DNA of 64,000 bases. It comes from Octopus vulgaris (taxonomy: Eukaryota). The notes under the pieces are model-generated. The model saw only the letters and a list, made by a program, of their open reading frames with translations, ran no database searches and was not told where the DNA came from. Of this stretch, positions 25,386-38,194 are shown piece after piece; position 1 is the stretch's first letter, and each line of letters opens with the position of its first letter. The stretch covers positions 11,656,001-11,720,000 of the forward strand of contig OX597829.1 in the NCBI GenBank assembly GCA_951406725.2, given 5' to 3'. The position numbers were made by a program, and so were the translations under genes.

Positions 25386-26090
25386 TAAAATATTCTCTAT
25401 AGCTTCTTCACAATCTGCCAGAGTGGTTTTCATATAAACCCTCAAACTTTTCAATTTTTTGGAACTCTCAAAACACACAAGTATTCATACAACTATGAAA
25501 ATATTTTTTTTTCATTTTTCGAATTTTTTTTTTTTTTTTTACAGACTGTCCTAAATTTTGACTTCAGCCACAGCAATAGACTATTAAATATGTTTATGGG
25601 GAGAAAGATATTGAAAAACATCAATACATCAGAGTGACAAAGAAACAAGGAGGGTATCAGGTGGTCGTGAGATGTGCTAAAGATAACAGCTAAATAGCCT
25701 TTAAATCAAACACAAAAACTTTTTCTTTTTACATAGTCATATGAATTCCCATGTGTAGAATACAAATTTGCAAAGCTTTTCTGAAAATTCCAAAAACTAG
25801 AAAAAGTTATATGGGGTACTTAAAGCAGAATTCCACCTGGTTTTCTTTCTGATACATTTATGCTCCATGCAATTAAAGAGAAGAGATTATTGTAATTAGC
25901 CATTACTCATTTTGCTGCAGTTTAGACGTCAGTTTTTGAAAATTGAAAATTATCAAATTAAAAATTGACTTGGAACCCAAGAGAGGAAAGAATTTGGATT
26001 GTTGAACATCCAAAATTGTTTAGATATTTTATTAGCAATCTCAGTTACAACTGGGTCAAAGCTGAGGGAAAATTTCTTGAAAATAAAGTA

Positions 26091-26657
26091 TTGGGTTGTC
26101 CGGAAAGTTCATGCCGATTTATAGTAGCTTACATTTCGACATATTTTAGAACATGGTTGAGTCCATAAAATAGAATTTGACTACACTTCCATTTAGAGCA
26201 CAGTTTAAGCTATCTTTTCATGGAAGAAGGTTTATGTTCTTATAACTTGTGTTAATTCTGTAACCCTTTAAAAAGGAAAATAAGAAAGTTCCTTTTCGTC
26301 ACTTGATGCTTTGGGAACCAGACAAAAAAATTGCTGCAGCTCGACTGGGATGTGTTACCCCAGCCTCCATATTCACCATATATTGCTCCTTTGGATTTCC
26401 ACTTATTCAGGTCTCTGCAGAATAGTCTTAATGGTAAAAATTTCAATTCCTTGAATGATGTAAAAAGATACCTTGATGAATTCTTTGCCATGAAACCACC
26501 TCAATTCTGGGAAGAGGGTATTTTCAAGTTAAAGGAAAGAGGGAGACACATTGTGCAACAAAATGGTTCATGCTTCGTTGATTAAAAATGTAATGGCAAG
26601 TATTTATTGACCTTTTTTAACCTTTAAAAATCGGCACGAACTTCCCGGACAACCTAA
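26091..26657 (+). mobile_element. Internally deleted mariner transposon
   Basis: ~30-bp TIRs ttgggttgtccggaaagttcatgccgattt / aaatcggcacgaacttcccggacaacctaa, TA on both sides; WDVLPQPPYSPYIAPLDFHLFRSL transposase C-terminus. Confidence 0.92.
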
Positions 26658-27954
26658 TACCTGTTACCTGACGGTTTCAAACTGCTTCAACTGCAACAAC
26701 AACGATGGTGGTCGATGTTTACTTCCAAAGATGATGCAAGAGTACAAAATGATGATGCAATACTTGCAATGTAATGTTTTCAGACAAGCAGTGAAAAAAT
26801 AAGGAGAAATTGGCCATAACTATTTTGCCCCACTTTCCTGTAGTTATTTCACGTATTTGACAAAATGATGTAAAATAGTGTAAAAGAAAGAAAGAAAAAG
26901 ATTCGGTTTAATGAATATATGTGAGCAGAAAAGCAATAATTCTAAAGCTGTTAAGAAATGTAATTTTATAATTAAAACTAAATTCAAAATTTTAATTTTA
27001 GAGCATATATACAATACTTACTTGCTCTTTCCTAAAATAAGACCAGTTTTCTATGCTTCACTGAAATAATGAATTTTACAGTGGCAACATTTGTGCTCAG
27101 TCATGTATTGAAGGAAAGAATTTGAACTAGAGATGATAACTTCTATCAATCTCTTTATCTATCTTTATATACGTCCATACTTTCTTTCTCTCTCCCTCTC
27201 ACACACACACACACACACACACACAAATGCATGCACTCACAAACACACAGATGCACATGCACAGGTACATACATATATACATATATGAACGCCATGATAG
27301 ACCGTTAGCTCCTACACACATTTTTTTCTCTCCTTGTTTCTTTTCTGTGTATCTTTCTGTCAAAGAACGTAGGCTTGAAACGTAAAATTCCTGAGCACCA
27401 TACTAAAACATTTATTTGTTTGTACTCCACCTGCCTTCGTCTTTTGTTTATTTTCGTAAACCTTCCCATTACATATATACATACATTTTTTGGAGTCTTT
27501 TGTTGCTTTCTGTCAATGTCCCAAAAGGAACTACAATTAATTCCCATGGAAATTGCGGCTGCTTTTGGAATGGGTAGCAAAGTGTTTTTTTATTGAATGA
27601 ACTGATGTCCCCAATGCAGTTAAAACTGGTTGTTTATCAAAAAGAGGGTTCATTACATTTTTTATAATATATTTGTTCGTTGAAAGAGAGCCTCAGCATG
27701 TAAGATTGCTGAGAGATGGGGGGGGGGCTATATTGAGTGCTACATACCCTTCATTGCAGGATGTTCAGGGTAACTGCCCTCTTTAACCTCCTATAAATCC
27801 AGCCCTGGTTTCACTGGTACTTAATTTATTGACCTTGAAAGGATGAAAGACAAAGTCAACCTTGGTGAAATTTGAATTCAGAACATAGCAACAGTTAAAA
27901 TACTGATAACCATTTCCTCCAACATGCTAGCAATTCTGCTAGCTCGCCGGAACT

Positions 27955-28463
27955 TGACAGAGCAAAAAATTGGTACGACCATAAACCCGAAGGCATTGTC
28001 GAAAATAGAAATGTAAAGATCCTATGGGATTTTATGATTCAGTGCGACCATGATATTTAGAATAGGAAGCCGGTCATAGTCTTAATTGAGAAAGAAAACA
28101 AACTATGCTGGATCATAGACGTAGCATGCCCAGCTGACAATAAGGTATGCAATAAGGAAGAAAGAAAAGTCGAGAGATATGACAGGTTAGCTTGGGAAGT
28201 TAAGCAGTTAGGGTCAATTAAAAAGGTAGCTGTAGTACCAATAATTGTCAGATCCCTAGGAATTGTGAGAAAAAGATCTTGAGAAGTACATGGAACAAAT
28301 AGGGGCTGCAATAAGGGTGGAGCACCTGCAGAAAACAGCACAGCTTGGAACTGCTCGAATATTCCGGAAGGTGCTCGAAAAATAAGAGGTGTTAGCTTAG
28401 TTCACTGGTAGTGAACAGCTGACACTGTAATACATCTCCAGCATTAGAAGCTGTGCAAAGACA
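27955..28463 (+). mobile_element. R4/Dong-type RLE 3' fragment
   Basis: ILWDF, KPVIVLIEKENKLCWIIDVACP, KVERYDRLAWEV; ends in (AAT)n; same family as 56108-56453. Confidence 0.85.
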
Positions 28464-29295
28464 ATAATAATAATAATAATAATAATAATAATTCTTTCTA
28501 CTATAAGCACAAGGCCTAAAGTTTGGTGGGAGGGTTTACATGACCCCTGTGCATAACTGGTACTTAATTTATCGACCCTGAAAGGATGAAAGGCAAAGTT
28601 GACATTGGCAGAATTTCAACTTAGAACCTAGCAATGAGCAAAATACTGGTAAGCATTTCCTTGCCACCAGGGCAAAGGATGAGGGGGACAATACAAAGAC
28701 AGGCACCAATTGTTTGGGTTTACATATAATGAAAGGATAAAATAATTAAAAGTATAAGAAGAAGAATGAGGAGGAGGAGGAGGAGGAAGAAGAAGAAGAA
28801 GAAGGAGAAGAAAAAGAAGAAGAAGAAGAAGAAGAAGAAGAAGAAGATCACTACTAACACCACAAGTGCTACCTCCACCACCCTCACCACCAGTAATACT
28901 ACTACTACTGCTACTACTTCTATTTCTACTATAACCATGACCAATGCAACTACCACTATTAATACAACTACTCTTACTGTTACTCCTACTACCAGCACCA
29001 GCAACAACCTTGTTACTACTGCTACCACTGTTATACTCCCACCACTACAACTGCTACTACTACCCCACCACTACCTATGCTGCTTCTACTGCTACTACTA
29101 CCATTAATACCATTATGACCACCATCACCACCACCACTAACTATTAGCTACTACTACGACGACGACGACCACCACCACTACTGCTACCAGTGCATGTTAT
29201 TTCTCTACTCAAGTTTCATCAATCTGTTCTGAAGGAGACAGATTTTGGACGGCTCAAATATAATTTATAACTGAAATGAGCTTAACTTTTTAAAC

Positions 29296-29530
29296 CTATT
29301 TCTTTACTACCCACAAGGGGCTAAACACAGAAGAAACAAACAAGGACAGACAAACGGATTAAGTTGATTATATCGACCCCAGTGCATAACTGGTACTTAT
29401 TGTATCGACCCCGAAAGGATGAAAAGCAAAGTCGACCTCGGTGGAATTTGAACTTAGAACATAGCAACAGACGAAATACCGCTAAGCATTTCGCCCGGCA
29501 TGCTAACGGTTCTGCCAGCTCGCTGCCTTC
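29296..29530 (-). mobile_element. SINE family 2, best-preserved copy
   Basis: Minus strand ggcagaaccgttagcatgccgggcgaaatgcttagc...gttcaaattccaccgagg...tttcatcctttcggggtcgat; more remnants at ~27810-27948, 28490-28660, 29965-30185. Confidence 0.85.
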
Positions 29531-30835
29531 TGTTTTCTATTACTTTTCTCTGCCGCTTAATATCATCATCGTCATTGTTGTTGTCATCATCATCGTTATC
29601 ATCGTCATCGTCACCATCAGTGCTATCATCGCTGTCAACATAGCCATTACTGTCATCATCATCGTTGTCATCATCGTAATCATCTTTGTCAACATCATGA
29701 TCATCTTTATCAACATCATCATCATCATCATCATCCTTATCATCATCATCATCATCATCATTACCACCATATTATTGTTATTATTATTGAGTGAGAGAGC
29801 AATGCATGACATCAAAGTGACATTTGGGTAAATTCTACGAAGCCCAATATGCCCATCATGACTACCCATCTGATAAGGTTGCACCAAACTCATGCATCAC
29901 AACCATATGTGCACAACATGATGATCTCATATCATGATAACCATTATTATTATCTTTATTCCAATTAGCAATTTAGGTAAAATGCTTGGTAGCACTTAGT
30001 CCATCTTTACATTCTGTGCTCAAATTCTGACATGATTGACTGACCTTGCCTTTCACCTTCCCGGGATGGTTTCAATGAAATAAAAGTACCTGCCAAGTAC
30101 TAGGTGTAGGGGGTGGGGATGTTGTCAATGTAATTGACTTATCCCTCCCCTCAAAAACTGCTGGATCTGTGCCAAAATTTGAAGCTATTATTATTATTGT
30201 TGTTGTTGTTATTATTTTTATTTATTTATTTGTTTGTTTATTGACTTATTTATTGTACATAAATTTTACGAATTAAATCAACCAAATGCATGGTGGGTGC
30301 CAAAGCAAAATAAGCAAGTGCCAAATAAAAGAATCTCCACTCAATAAAATAACCTGCTCTGTGACATTTAAAAGGGCTCAGCTTTTCTTTTCTTTTATCC
30401 TTCCTTTCTTTCTTCCTTTCCTATCTGCTCCCCCATGCTCACCCCACCTTCTTTTTATTCATTTTTTTAATGTCTACACCATTTAAAAAAAAATAACTTT
30501 GACTGAAAATTTATATGAAAACATCCCCCCCACCCTAGTTTTGGAATTAAATACTTCATCAATTAATGATGTCTGTATGGGTCTGGCAATAAGGCGTCAG
30601 ACTCCAATCCCTGTGATTTAAAACTTACCCCCTTTATCCAGCTGATGTTAATTAGTGAGCTTATATTCTTAAGATTTCTTAACTCTTTCATGTTCAAAAT
30701 TTTCACACACAACAACTACATCATTAACAAACAACAACAACCAAAACAACAAAATAAGGCTTATGAGAAAACAACCAATGCATTATATATATATATGTAT
30801 ATATTCATATATATATATGTGTGTGCGTATGTGTG

Positions 30836-30878
<43 letters not shown>

Positions 30879-30891
30879 TAATGTATGTATG

Positions 30892-30922
<31 letters not shown>

Positions 30923-32530
30923 GTACGTATGTATGTACGTATGTATGTATGTATGTATATATATACATCATGATCATCATTGTTGCTGCCATCATTTTTT
31001 TCCATGCTTGCATGAATTGCAACAGGTCTTCTCTAACACAGTGTCTCGCCACTTGTCGCGGTCCCTTGACATCTCCTTCATGGGGATCAGCTCTCTAAGA
31101 TTAGATTTCACTACCTTTTTCCCATGTCTTCTCTCGTTTTCCCCTCCTTACTGTAATTTTCATTCACTTACATCTCCAGGCACTTCTTTACTCAACTGTC
31201 ATCCCCCATATGTATCACATATCCATACCAACCCACCAACCTTTCTTATCCATACTACAGCTCATTCATCTTATACATAGTTCTCTCAGCTCATTTGTGT
31301 TCTGTCATTCCTATATACTGATGCTATACATCCAATGAAGCATACTTGTCTCATTTCTTCCCGGCCTTCACACATCTTATGTAAAGGTACACGTCTTAGA
31401 GCTGCACTCTCAACCATCATATAGTCATCATCATCATCATCATTTAACACGCATTTCCCATGTTGGCATGAGTTTGGCAGGAGCTAAGAAGGAACTGCTC
31501 CAGGTGCCAGAGTCTGTTCAGGTCGCAATTTCAATTCCAGGACTGGGCAGTTTGTTGTGTTCTTGAGCAAAACACCTCATTTTATGTAGCTCCAGTCTGC
31601 TCAGCTACAAATAACAGGATGCCAGTCCACCCTCTATTTGACTGGCATCTTGTTCAGGAGAAATGTTGTGATTCCAGTCATTTATATGCCATGGAAACCA
31701 GATAAACATCTGTATGAGTTTTAGGACTTGAAACTAGTAATATCCATGGAACTGGAATTTCCCACTTGTAATACTCCTCATTTTTTCCGCTTATAATACT
31801 CATATTTTCACATCATGCTTTGTATATAAATGGCATACAATCTGCCTTTCTGTCACTGACTGCCAGCATAAAAAAATAGGCATTAAAATAAATATTCCAT
31901 TACCAATTAAGTAATAAAGTTATAGCTAAAGTCCATCAGCAGCTTCAAATGAGAGTGTTCAAATGATAATCCATAGCAAGGAATAGTGGAAGTTACCAAT
32001 TCCAATTTTGAATAGAGAATCAGTGAGAGCTGAGTAGGAATAATATAGAATAGTGTGAATGGTAGATGCACTAGTTTGTAGATATATACTAGTCTGAATA
32101 ATCTGTATAGCAGGGACTTATACATAGACAGATAGATAAATGGATAAAGGAATAGGAGATGTCAGATTTTTATCCTATGATGACCACCAGCACTGACCAG
32201 GATACTAAACCTATTTTACTCTGATCTTGCCTTCATTTTTGACAAACTGGACTATACTATTTATATTATTTACATTTGACGGATATTTTTACTCATCTTT
32301 AATAGAAATATTAAAATTACTAAGTCTCTCTAAAAGAGAACAACGGCAGCGTTCCCGCAAAATAATAGTTATCGCCATACTAATATGGCATTCTTATAAA
32401 AATAAGAATAAAGCTGTCCGCTTATTAGCTCCATGAGGCCATCGCCTTAAGTTAGCTATTTGATACACAAACTGTATCCATATAACCTTCGAACAAGGGA
32501 GGTCAGTCGCTCCACATTACTTGACCGGCA

Positions 32531-32572
32531 GCTACAGACGCATTTCGGGGTATTGCCCCTTTTCAATGCAGC
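32531..32572 (-). ncRNA. Type I hammerhead, U3-A8 core variant (copy 1, GAAAU)
   Basis: Minus: gctgca-TTGAAAA-gggg caata cccc-GAAAT-gc-GTC-tgtagc. Confidence 0.75.
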
Positions 32573-32893
32573 GTAGCCAGACCAGTAGGTGTCGCTTCTG
32601 ACAATCTCTGTTCGAAGGTTTTATTTACCTAGCTTCGGTGGAATACATCCACTTGTTTTCAATAATAGAAATATTAAAATTACTAAGTCTCTCTAAAAGA
32701 GAACAACGGCAGCGTTCCCGGAAAATAATAGTTATCGCCATACTAATATGGCATTCTTATAAAAATAAGAATAAAGCTGTCCGCTTATTAGCTCCATGAG
32801 ACCATCGCCTTAAGTTAGCTATTTGATACACAAACTGTATCCATATAACCTTCGAACAAGGGAGGTCAGTCGCTCCACATTACTTGACCGGCA

Positions 32894-32935
32894 GCTACAG
32901 ACGCGTTTCGGGGTATTGCCCCTTTTCAATGCAGC
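32894..32935 (-). ncRNA. Type I hammerhead, U3-A8 core variant (copy 2)
   Basis: Minus: gctgca-TTGAAAA-gggg caata cccc-GAAAC-gc-GTC-tgtagc. Confidence 0.82.
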
Positions 32936-33302
32936 ATAGCCAGACCAGTAGGTGTCGCTTCTGACAATCTCTGTTCGAAGGTTTTATTTACCTAGCTTTG
33001 GTGGAATACATCCACTTGTTCGGAGGTTATATGGATACAGTTTGTGTATCAAATAGCTAACTTAAGGCGATGGCCTCATGGAGCTAATAAGCGGACAGCT
33101 TTTTTCTTATTTTTATAAGAATGCCATATTAGTATGGCGATAACTATTATTTTCCGGGAACGCTGTCGTTGTTCTCTTTTAGAGAGACTTAGTAATTTTA
33201 ATATTTCTATTATTGAAAACAAGTGGATGTATTCCACCGAAGCTAGGTAAATAAAATCTTCGAACAGAGATTGTCAGAAGCGACACCTACTGGTCTGGCT
33301 AT

Positions 33303-33344
33303 GCTGCATTGAAAAGGGGCAATACCCCGAAACGCGTCTGTAGC
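33303..33344 (+). ncRNA. Type I hammerhead, U3-A8 core variant (copy 3)
   Basis: gctgca-TTGAAAA-gggg caata cccc-GAAAC-gc-GTC-tgtagc; predicted cleavage after C33338. Confidence 0.82.
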
Positions 33345-33665
33345 TGCCGGTCAAGTAATGTGGAGCGACTGACCTCCCTTGTTCGAAGGTTATATGGATA
33401 CAGTTTGTGTATCAAATAGCTAACTTAAGGCGATGGCCTCATGGAGCTAATAAGCGGACAGCTTTATTCTTATTTTTATAAGAATGCCATATTAGTATGG
33501 CGATAACTATTATTTTCCGGGAACGCTGCCGTTGTTCTCTTTTAGAGAGACTTAGTAATTTTAATATTTCTATTATTGAAAACAAGTGGATGTATTCCAC
33601 CGAAGCTAGGTAAATAAAACCTTCGAACAGAGATTGTCAGAAGCGACACCTACTGGTCTGGCTAC

Positions 33666-33707
33666 GCTGCATTGAAAAGGGGCAATACCCCGAAACGCGT
33701 CTGTAGC
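33666..33707 (+). ncRNA. Type I hammerhead, U3-A8 core variant (copy 4)
   Basis: Same motif as copy 3; predicted cleavage after C33701. Confidence 0.82.
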
Positions 33708-34458
33708 TGCCAGTCAAGTAATGTGGAGCGACTGACCTCCCTTGTTCGAAGGTTATATGGATACAGTTTGTGTATCAAATAGCTAACTTAAGGCGATGGT
33801 CTCATGGAGCTAATAAGCGGACAGCTTTATTCTTATTTTTATAAGAATGCCATATTAGTATGGCGATAACTATTATTTTCCTCATCTTGTTTGTTGTTAA
33901 CACGTTTTGGCTGATATACCCTTCACCCTTCATCAAGTGTCTTGAGGAAATTTTGAACCTGGGTTCTCATTCCTAAGATATCGTTATTATTGTTGTTATT
34001 TTCATTATTATTCAGGTCACTACCTGGAATTGAACTCAGAATCTTGGAATTAGTAGCCCGTGCTCATAACTACTACACCATATGCTGTGCCCATGTAAAT
34101 AATGTAAATAAAGTACATAATTCCTGATCTCCTAAATGTAGAACAGTATGGACTATACTAATTTCCTCAATTGGACTGAACTTGAGACCGCATGATCATA
34201 CAATCACAGCGCAAACTTCACAGCAACACAGCCATTCCTACTCCTGTAATCGATTGCCTTACTTCTTTATCATTACATTTATTATCTATCAGCATATATT
34301 GTTGATCAATATAGCACCCACAAGATCTTCTTTCAAGCACACACCACAGCATTCCAGTGAGGCTTTATCCAGAACATTTAAAGCATACTTAAGAACTACA
34401 GAATACATGAGACCTTTCTGTTTTCCAAAGAAGCTTAAATATAGGCAGTAAGCACATA

Positions 34459-34974
34459 CCGTAAATCCTCGAGTATAATCCGCATTTTTTCCCCAAAATT
34501 TAAAGTTCAAAATCCCTAGTGCGTATTATATACGAGGTTAAAAATGAAAAATACTTTCTAAGTAATGTCCGAGTCTCTATTTGCTGTCCGGCAATGTTTA
34601 TTCAGACGCATTTTGTGATGTCGGGTGTGAACATACCTTAAGCTAAGCCTGAAAGCAATGAAGTCATAAAAGAATCATCCATAACTTGCAGTAAGCAACA
34701 TTTAATAAAATAACAGTATTCAGAACACAGAATAACATGTAACAAAAACAATTTGCAAACATATTTACATTCCCATATAACAGTTAAGAACATCACCATT
34801 ATTGTATTACGCATGCGCCGAAGAATTTGTTCAACTCAGTGGCTTAATTACACATGACTCAAGTTAAAGAAGGGGTGTGTATTATACACAAGGTTTAGGT
34901 TTTTCAGAAGTACAGCCCCCTAAAAATCTCCTGCGTATTATACTCAAGGGTGGACTATATTGGATGATTTATGG
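34459..34974. mobile_element. TA-flanked MITE (Tc1/mariner-pogo type)
   Basis: ta|ccgtaaatcctcgagtataatcc ... ggactatattggatgatttatgg|ta; subterminal gtattata..c.agg motif repeated. Confidence 0.75.
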
Positions 34975-35066
34975 TAGTTAACCTAATGACACTACATTGG
35001 CATTTTAATTGATATCCACTTGTGGCTGTCCTTGTTCTCTGACACAAACTTTCTGTTAAAATTACC

Positions 35067-35652
35067 TTAAACCTTTGGCATTTAAACCAGTCATATCCAG
35101 CCAAAATATTCTACCTGTTTTTTGTTCAAATCAGCTAGATTCCATCTCTCACACCTACCCTACAATGTCATTCAAAAAATATATAATCATATCATCAAAA
35201 TCTTGAAACTACAAAATAATACATTATTACTCTTTTACTCTTTTACTTGTTTCAGTCATTTGACTGCGGCCATGCTGGAGCACCGCCTTTAGTCGAGCAA
35301 ATCAACCCCGGGACTTATTCCTTGTAAGCCCAGTACTTATTATATCGGTCCCTTTTGCCGAACCGCTAAGTGATGTAAACACGCCAGCGTCAGTTGTCAA
35401 GCAATGCTAGGGGACAAACACAGACACACAAATATATATACAACAGGCTTCTTTCAGTTTCCGTCTACCAAATCCACTCACAAGGCATTGGTTGGCCCAG
35501 GGCTATAGCAGAAGACACTTGCCCAAGATGCCACGCAGTGGGATTGAACCCGGAACCATGTGGTTGGTTAGCAAGCTACTTATCACACAGCCACAATTTG
35601 AATAAATAAGCAATTACATTTGATAGAATAATCAGAATGCTTAAAGGCTTAA
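35067..35652. mobile_element. TTAA-flanked (piggyBac-like) MITE interrupted by a SINE
   Basis: Homologous to 36312-36520 and 46063-46289; ttaa..cctttggcatt / aatgcttaaaggc ttaa. Confidence 0.75.
35229..35594 (-). mobile_element. Full-length tRNA-derived SINE family 1
   Basis: Minus strand head gtggctgtgtgataagtagc...gggttcaatccc, tail gtaaaagagtaaaagag; other partial copies at ~10560-10706, 10873-11027, 36020-36305, 41010-41155, 52763-52930, 53098-53298, 61795-61975. Confidence 0.9.
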
Positions 35653-36959
35653 TAATAACAAAGTTATTTTACAAAATACTTCGTTATTTCCAAAATTAGT
35701 TGAAACAAAGACAAAAATATGGTTACAAAAGAGTTGATGAATAGGTAGTGGTGTAAAAAATTTCCAAGATATTTTAGGGATGGAGCTGCAATTTGACAGT
35801 TTCCAAATCTCTGATGTTATAAATCCAGCAGTTAAACTTAACCCAGGGTCAAATTTGATTGAGCAGACTTATGTTTAAATGAAGCCAGGACCATTCATAT
35901 CTAGGGTTGCATACCTAAGAATACATTGTCCAAAATGTCTGTGGTTTCTTAGCAGCGTGGGTTAATATAATTTGAGTGAGGTTTAGCGCTTATTTCTAGA
36001 TGGTCAACTGATCCTGTAGGGTAGTAATTGGGTTCAATCCCACTGTGAGGCACCTTGAGCAAGTGTCTTCTATTATAACATCAGACCAACCAATATCTTT
36101 TTATGGAAACTGTATGAAAGCCCAGGGTGGGGAGGGTCATTTGTCCCCACATCAATTGACAACCAGTACTGGTTTGTTTACATCCCTGAAACTAAGACTA
36201 AATATCAGACTTTAAAATGTGTACTGGTGTTGATTTGATCAACTAAACCCTTCAAAATGATGCCCCAGAATGACCAGAGTCCAATGATTGAAAGAAGTAA
36301 AAAACAGGGTCTAACTCTTTAGCATATAAACTGGCCATATTCTTCCACTTTTATGTTCAAACCAATAAGATCCAGCCTCTCACACCTACCCTACAATTTC
36401 AGTATGAAAATAAACATTCACATCATCAAAATCTCAAAGCTATGAGATGATGTATGATTAATTCAAAATAATTTGAATAAAGAAGAATTGCATTTCACAA
36501 AGTGATCTGAATGTTAAAGAATTGCACATTTTAGTCATAAGCTGAATCACAACCACTCAAAGAAACTCTGTACCCTCACCCCTTGTAACACTGCCTTGAT
36601 ATATGATAAGCCGTCTGAGCTAATAACTTCTCCAAAGTGGGTGTCTTTACTCAGGTTTAGAACCACTCCCCTTAGAATAGGATTTGTTGTTATAATTGTT
36701 TAGCCCACTAATGTGTCCTGACAAAGGCAAATTCTATACTCAAAGACATTCCAACACTGTCTTATTTTCAAGAATAGTAGACCACTGATTATATTTCCAA
36801 TATGTTATATTTTTAAGATAGTGGGTTTTGATTTAGCTGCTATTTCTGTTTCTAATAGGCTGGATCTTGGACGGGTGTATGTGGGTAGGGTGATACAAGC
36901 TACATTTGTTAGTTTGCATAAAAGGAAAACAAAACACAACATCCTATCCAAAAATAAAT

Positions 36960-37540
36960 ATCAAAAAATACCAACTAGATTATGGCTGGGCAATAACAGC
37001 TTACTCAAAGTAGCCACCCTCAGCTTCCACCATGGCCTCAAAATGGCTCTGGAACCTGGCACATGCATACCTCACTGTCCCTGAGAAGATCTTCAAACAC
37101 CCCTTGGTCACCAACTCAGCTTTAGTGCTGCAGACAGAGTGGTTGGTGGCTTTCTCAACCATGCTCCACACATTGTAATGCACGGTATTACAACCGAGGG
37201 AATTAAGAGACAAGAAATTGGGGCTTGTGACTTCATAGAAATTCTCTGGCAACTGCTTCTGACTCTTTCTAAAGGTATATCAGAATCCTTACCTTCATTG
37301 CAGTTGTCCATGTCATATCATACAGTCTTTACAATATTCACAGAGCACTGAACAGCTGTCTTGATGTCTGCGTTTTGATATCCAGCATTAATCATCATGA
37401 TACAGATAACTCTTTTCCAATATTCAGGCAACTTCCAGTTCTGCATGTCAGTTAATTTTTTCTCAAATACAACTTTAATATCTATACTGTCCAATGCCAT
37501 TAAATGTTCACCAATATATCAAGTTGTTTCTGAAAAAAAT
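36960..37540 (-). mobile_element. Tc1/mariner (DD37D/maT-like) transposon remnant
   Basis: HYNVWSMVEKATN...ACARFQSHFEAMVEAEGGYFE; homologous to 63340-64000. Confidence 0.75.
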
Positions 37541-38064
37541 AGGAGACAAACAATTATCAAAATTACCCTGAATACACAGTAAGTGTCTTTTGGAAACTAA
37601 TTTAAAGAAACAGAAATTGTAATAGAAAGTTATCATTATGTTATGTGTGAGTATGATGGAGTTGTAGCAATTCTCAATTTTCTTCAAGTTTATAAACAAA
37701 AGATTAAAATGAAACTATTAGAGGAAGATTAAATTCCTGTGATTGACCTTTGCATTGGTTCAAACTGCAGATCTTAATTGAAATTCTAAGAAAGAGGTTA
37801 AATATTAAGGATGAGTAATTATTCTTGTTCAGATGTCAAATGTTTACAAAACTAAGGTTAGCAATTGTTGTGAATTGGTGAAATGTTTGTATATCTGGAA
37901 ATATAATACAGACACCACACAAAAAATAAATACATGTATTGATTCATGTGTGTGTGTGTGCATATTTATATATATATAATATATACATATATATGTATGT
38001 ATGTATGTATAGTAGTAGGCATCTGTTGGTCTCAAGAGGCCATGGATCAAATATATATACATAC

Positions 38065-38115
<51 letters not shown>

Positions 38116-38156
38116 TGCACACACACAAACACACTCACACCTATATACTTATTTAC

Positions 38157-38194
<38 letters not shown>

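Larger units (their letters stand above)
32301..33880. mobile_element. Retrozyme/Penelope-like non-autonomous array of 363-bp units (about 2 in one orientation, 2.4 inverted)
   Basis: Period 363 (32301/32664; 33211/33574); inversion junction at ~33015-33020 through a cttgtt microhomology; four HHRs. Confidence 0.88.
32255..34150 (-). mobile_element. Family A element split by the 363-bp HHR array
   Basis: Left stub 32255-32299 and right part 33881-34150 rejoin to the family A consensus; ctcatctt is duplicated at 32292-32299 and 33881-33888. Confidence 0.8.
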
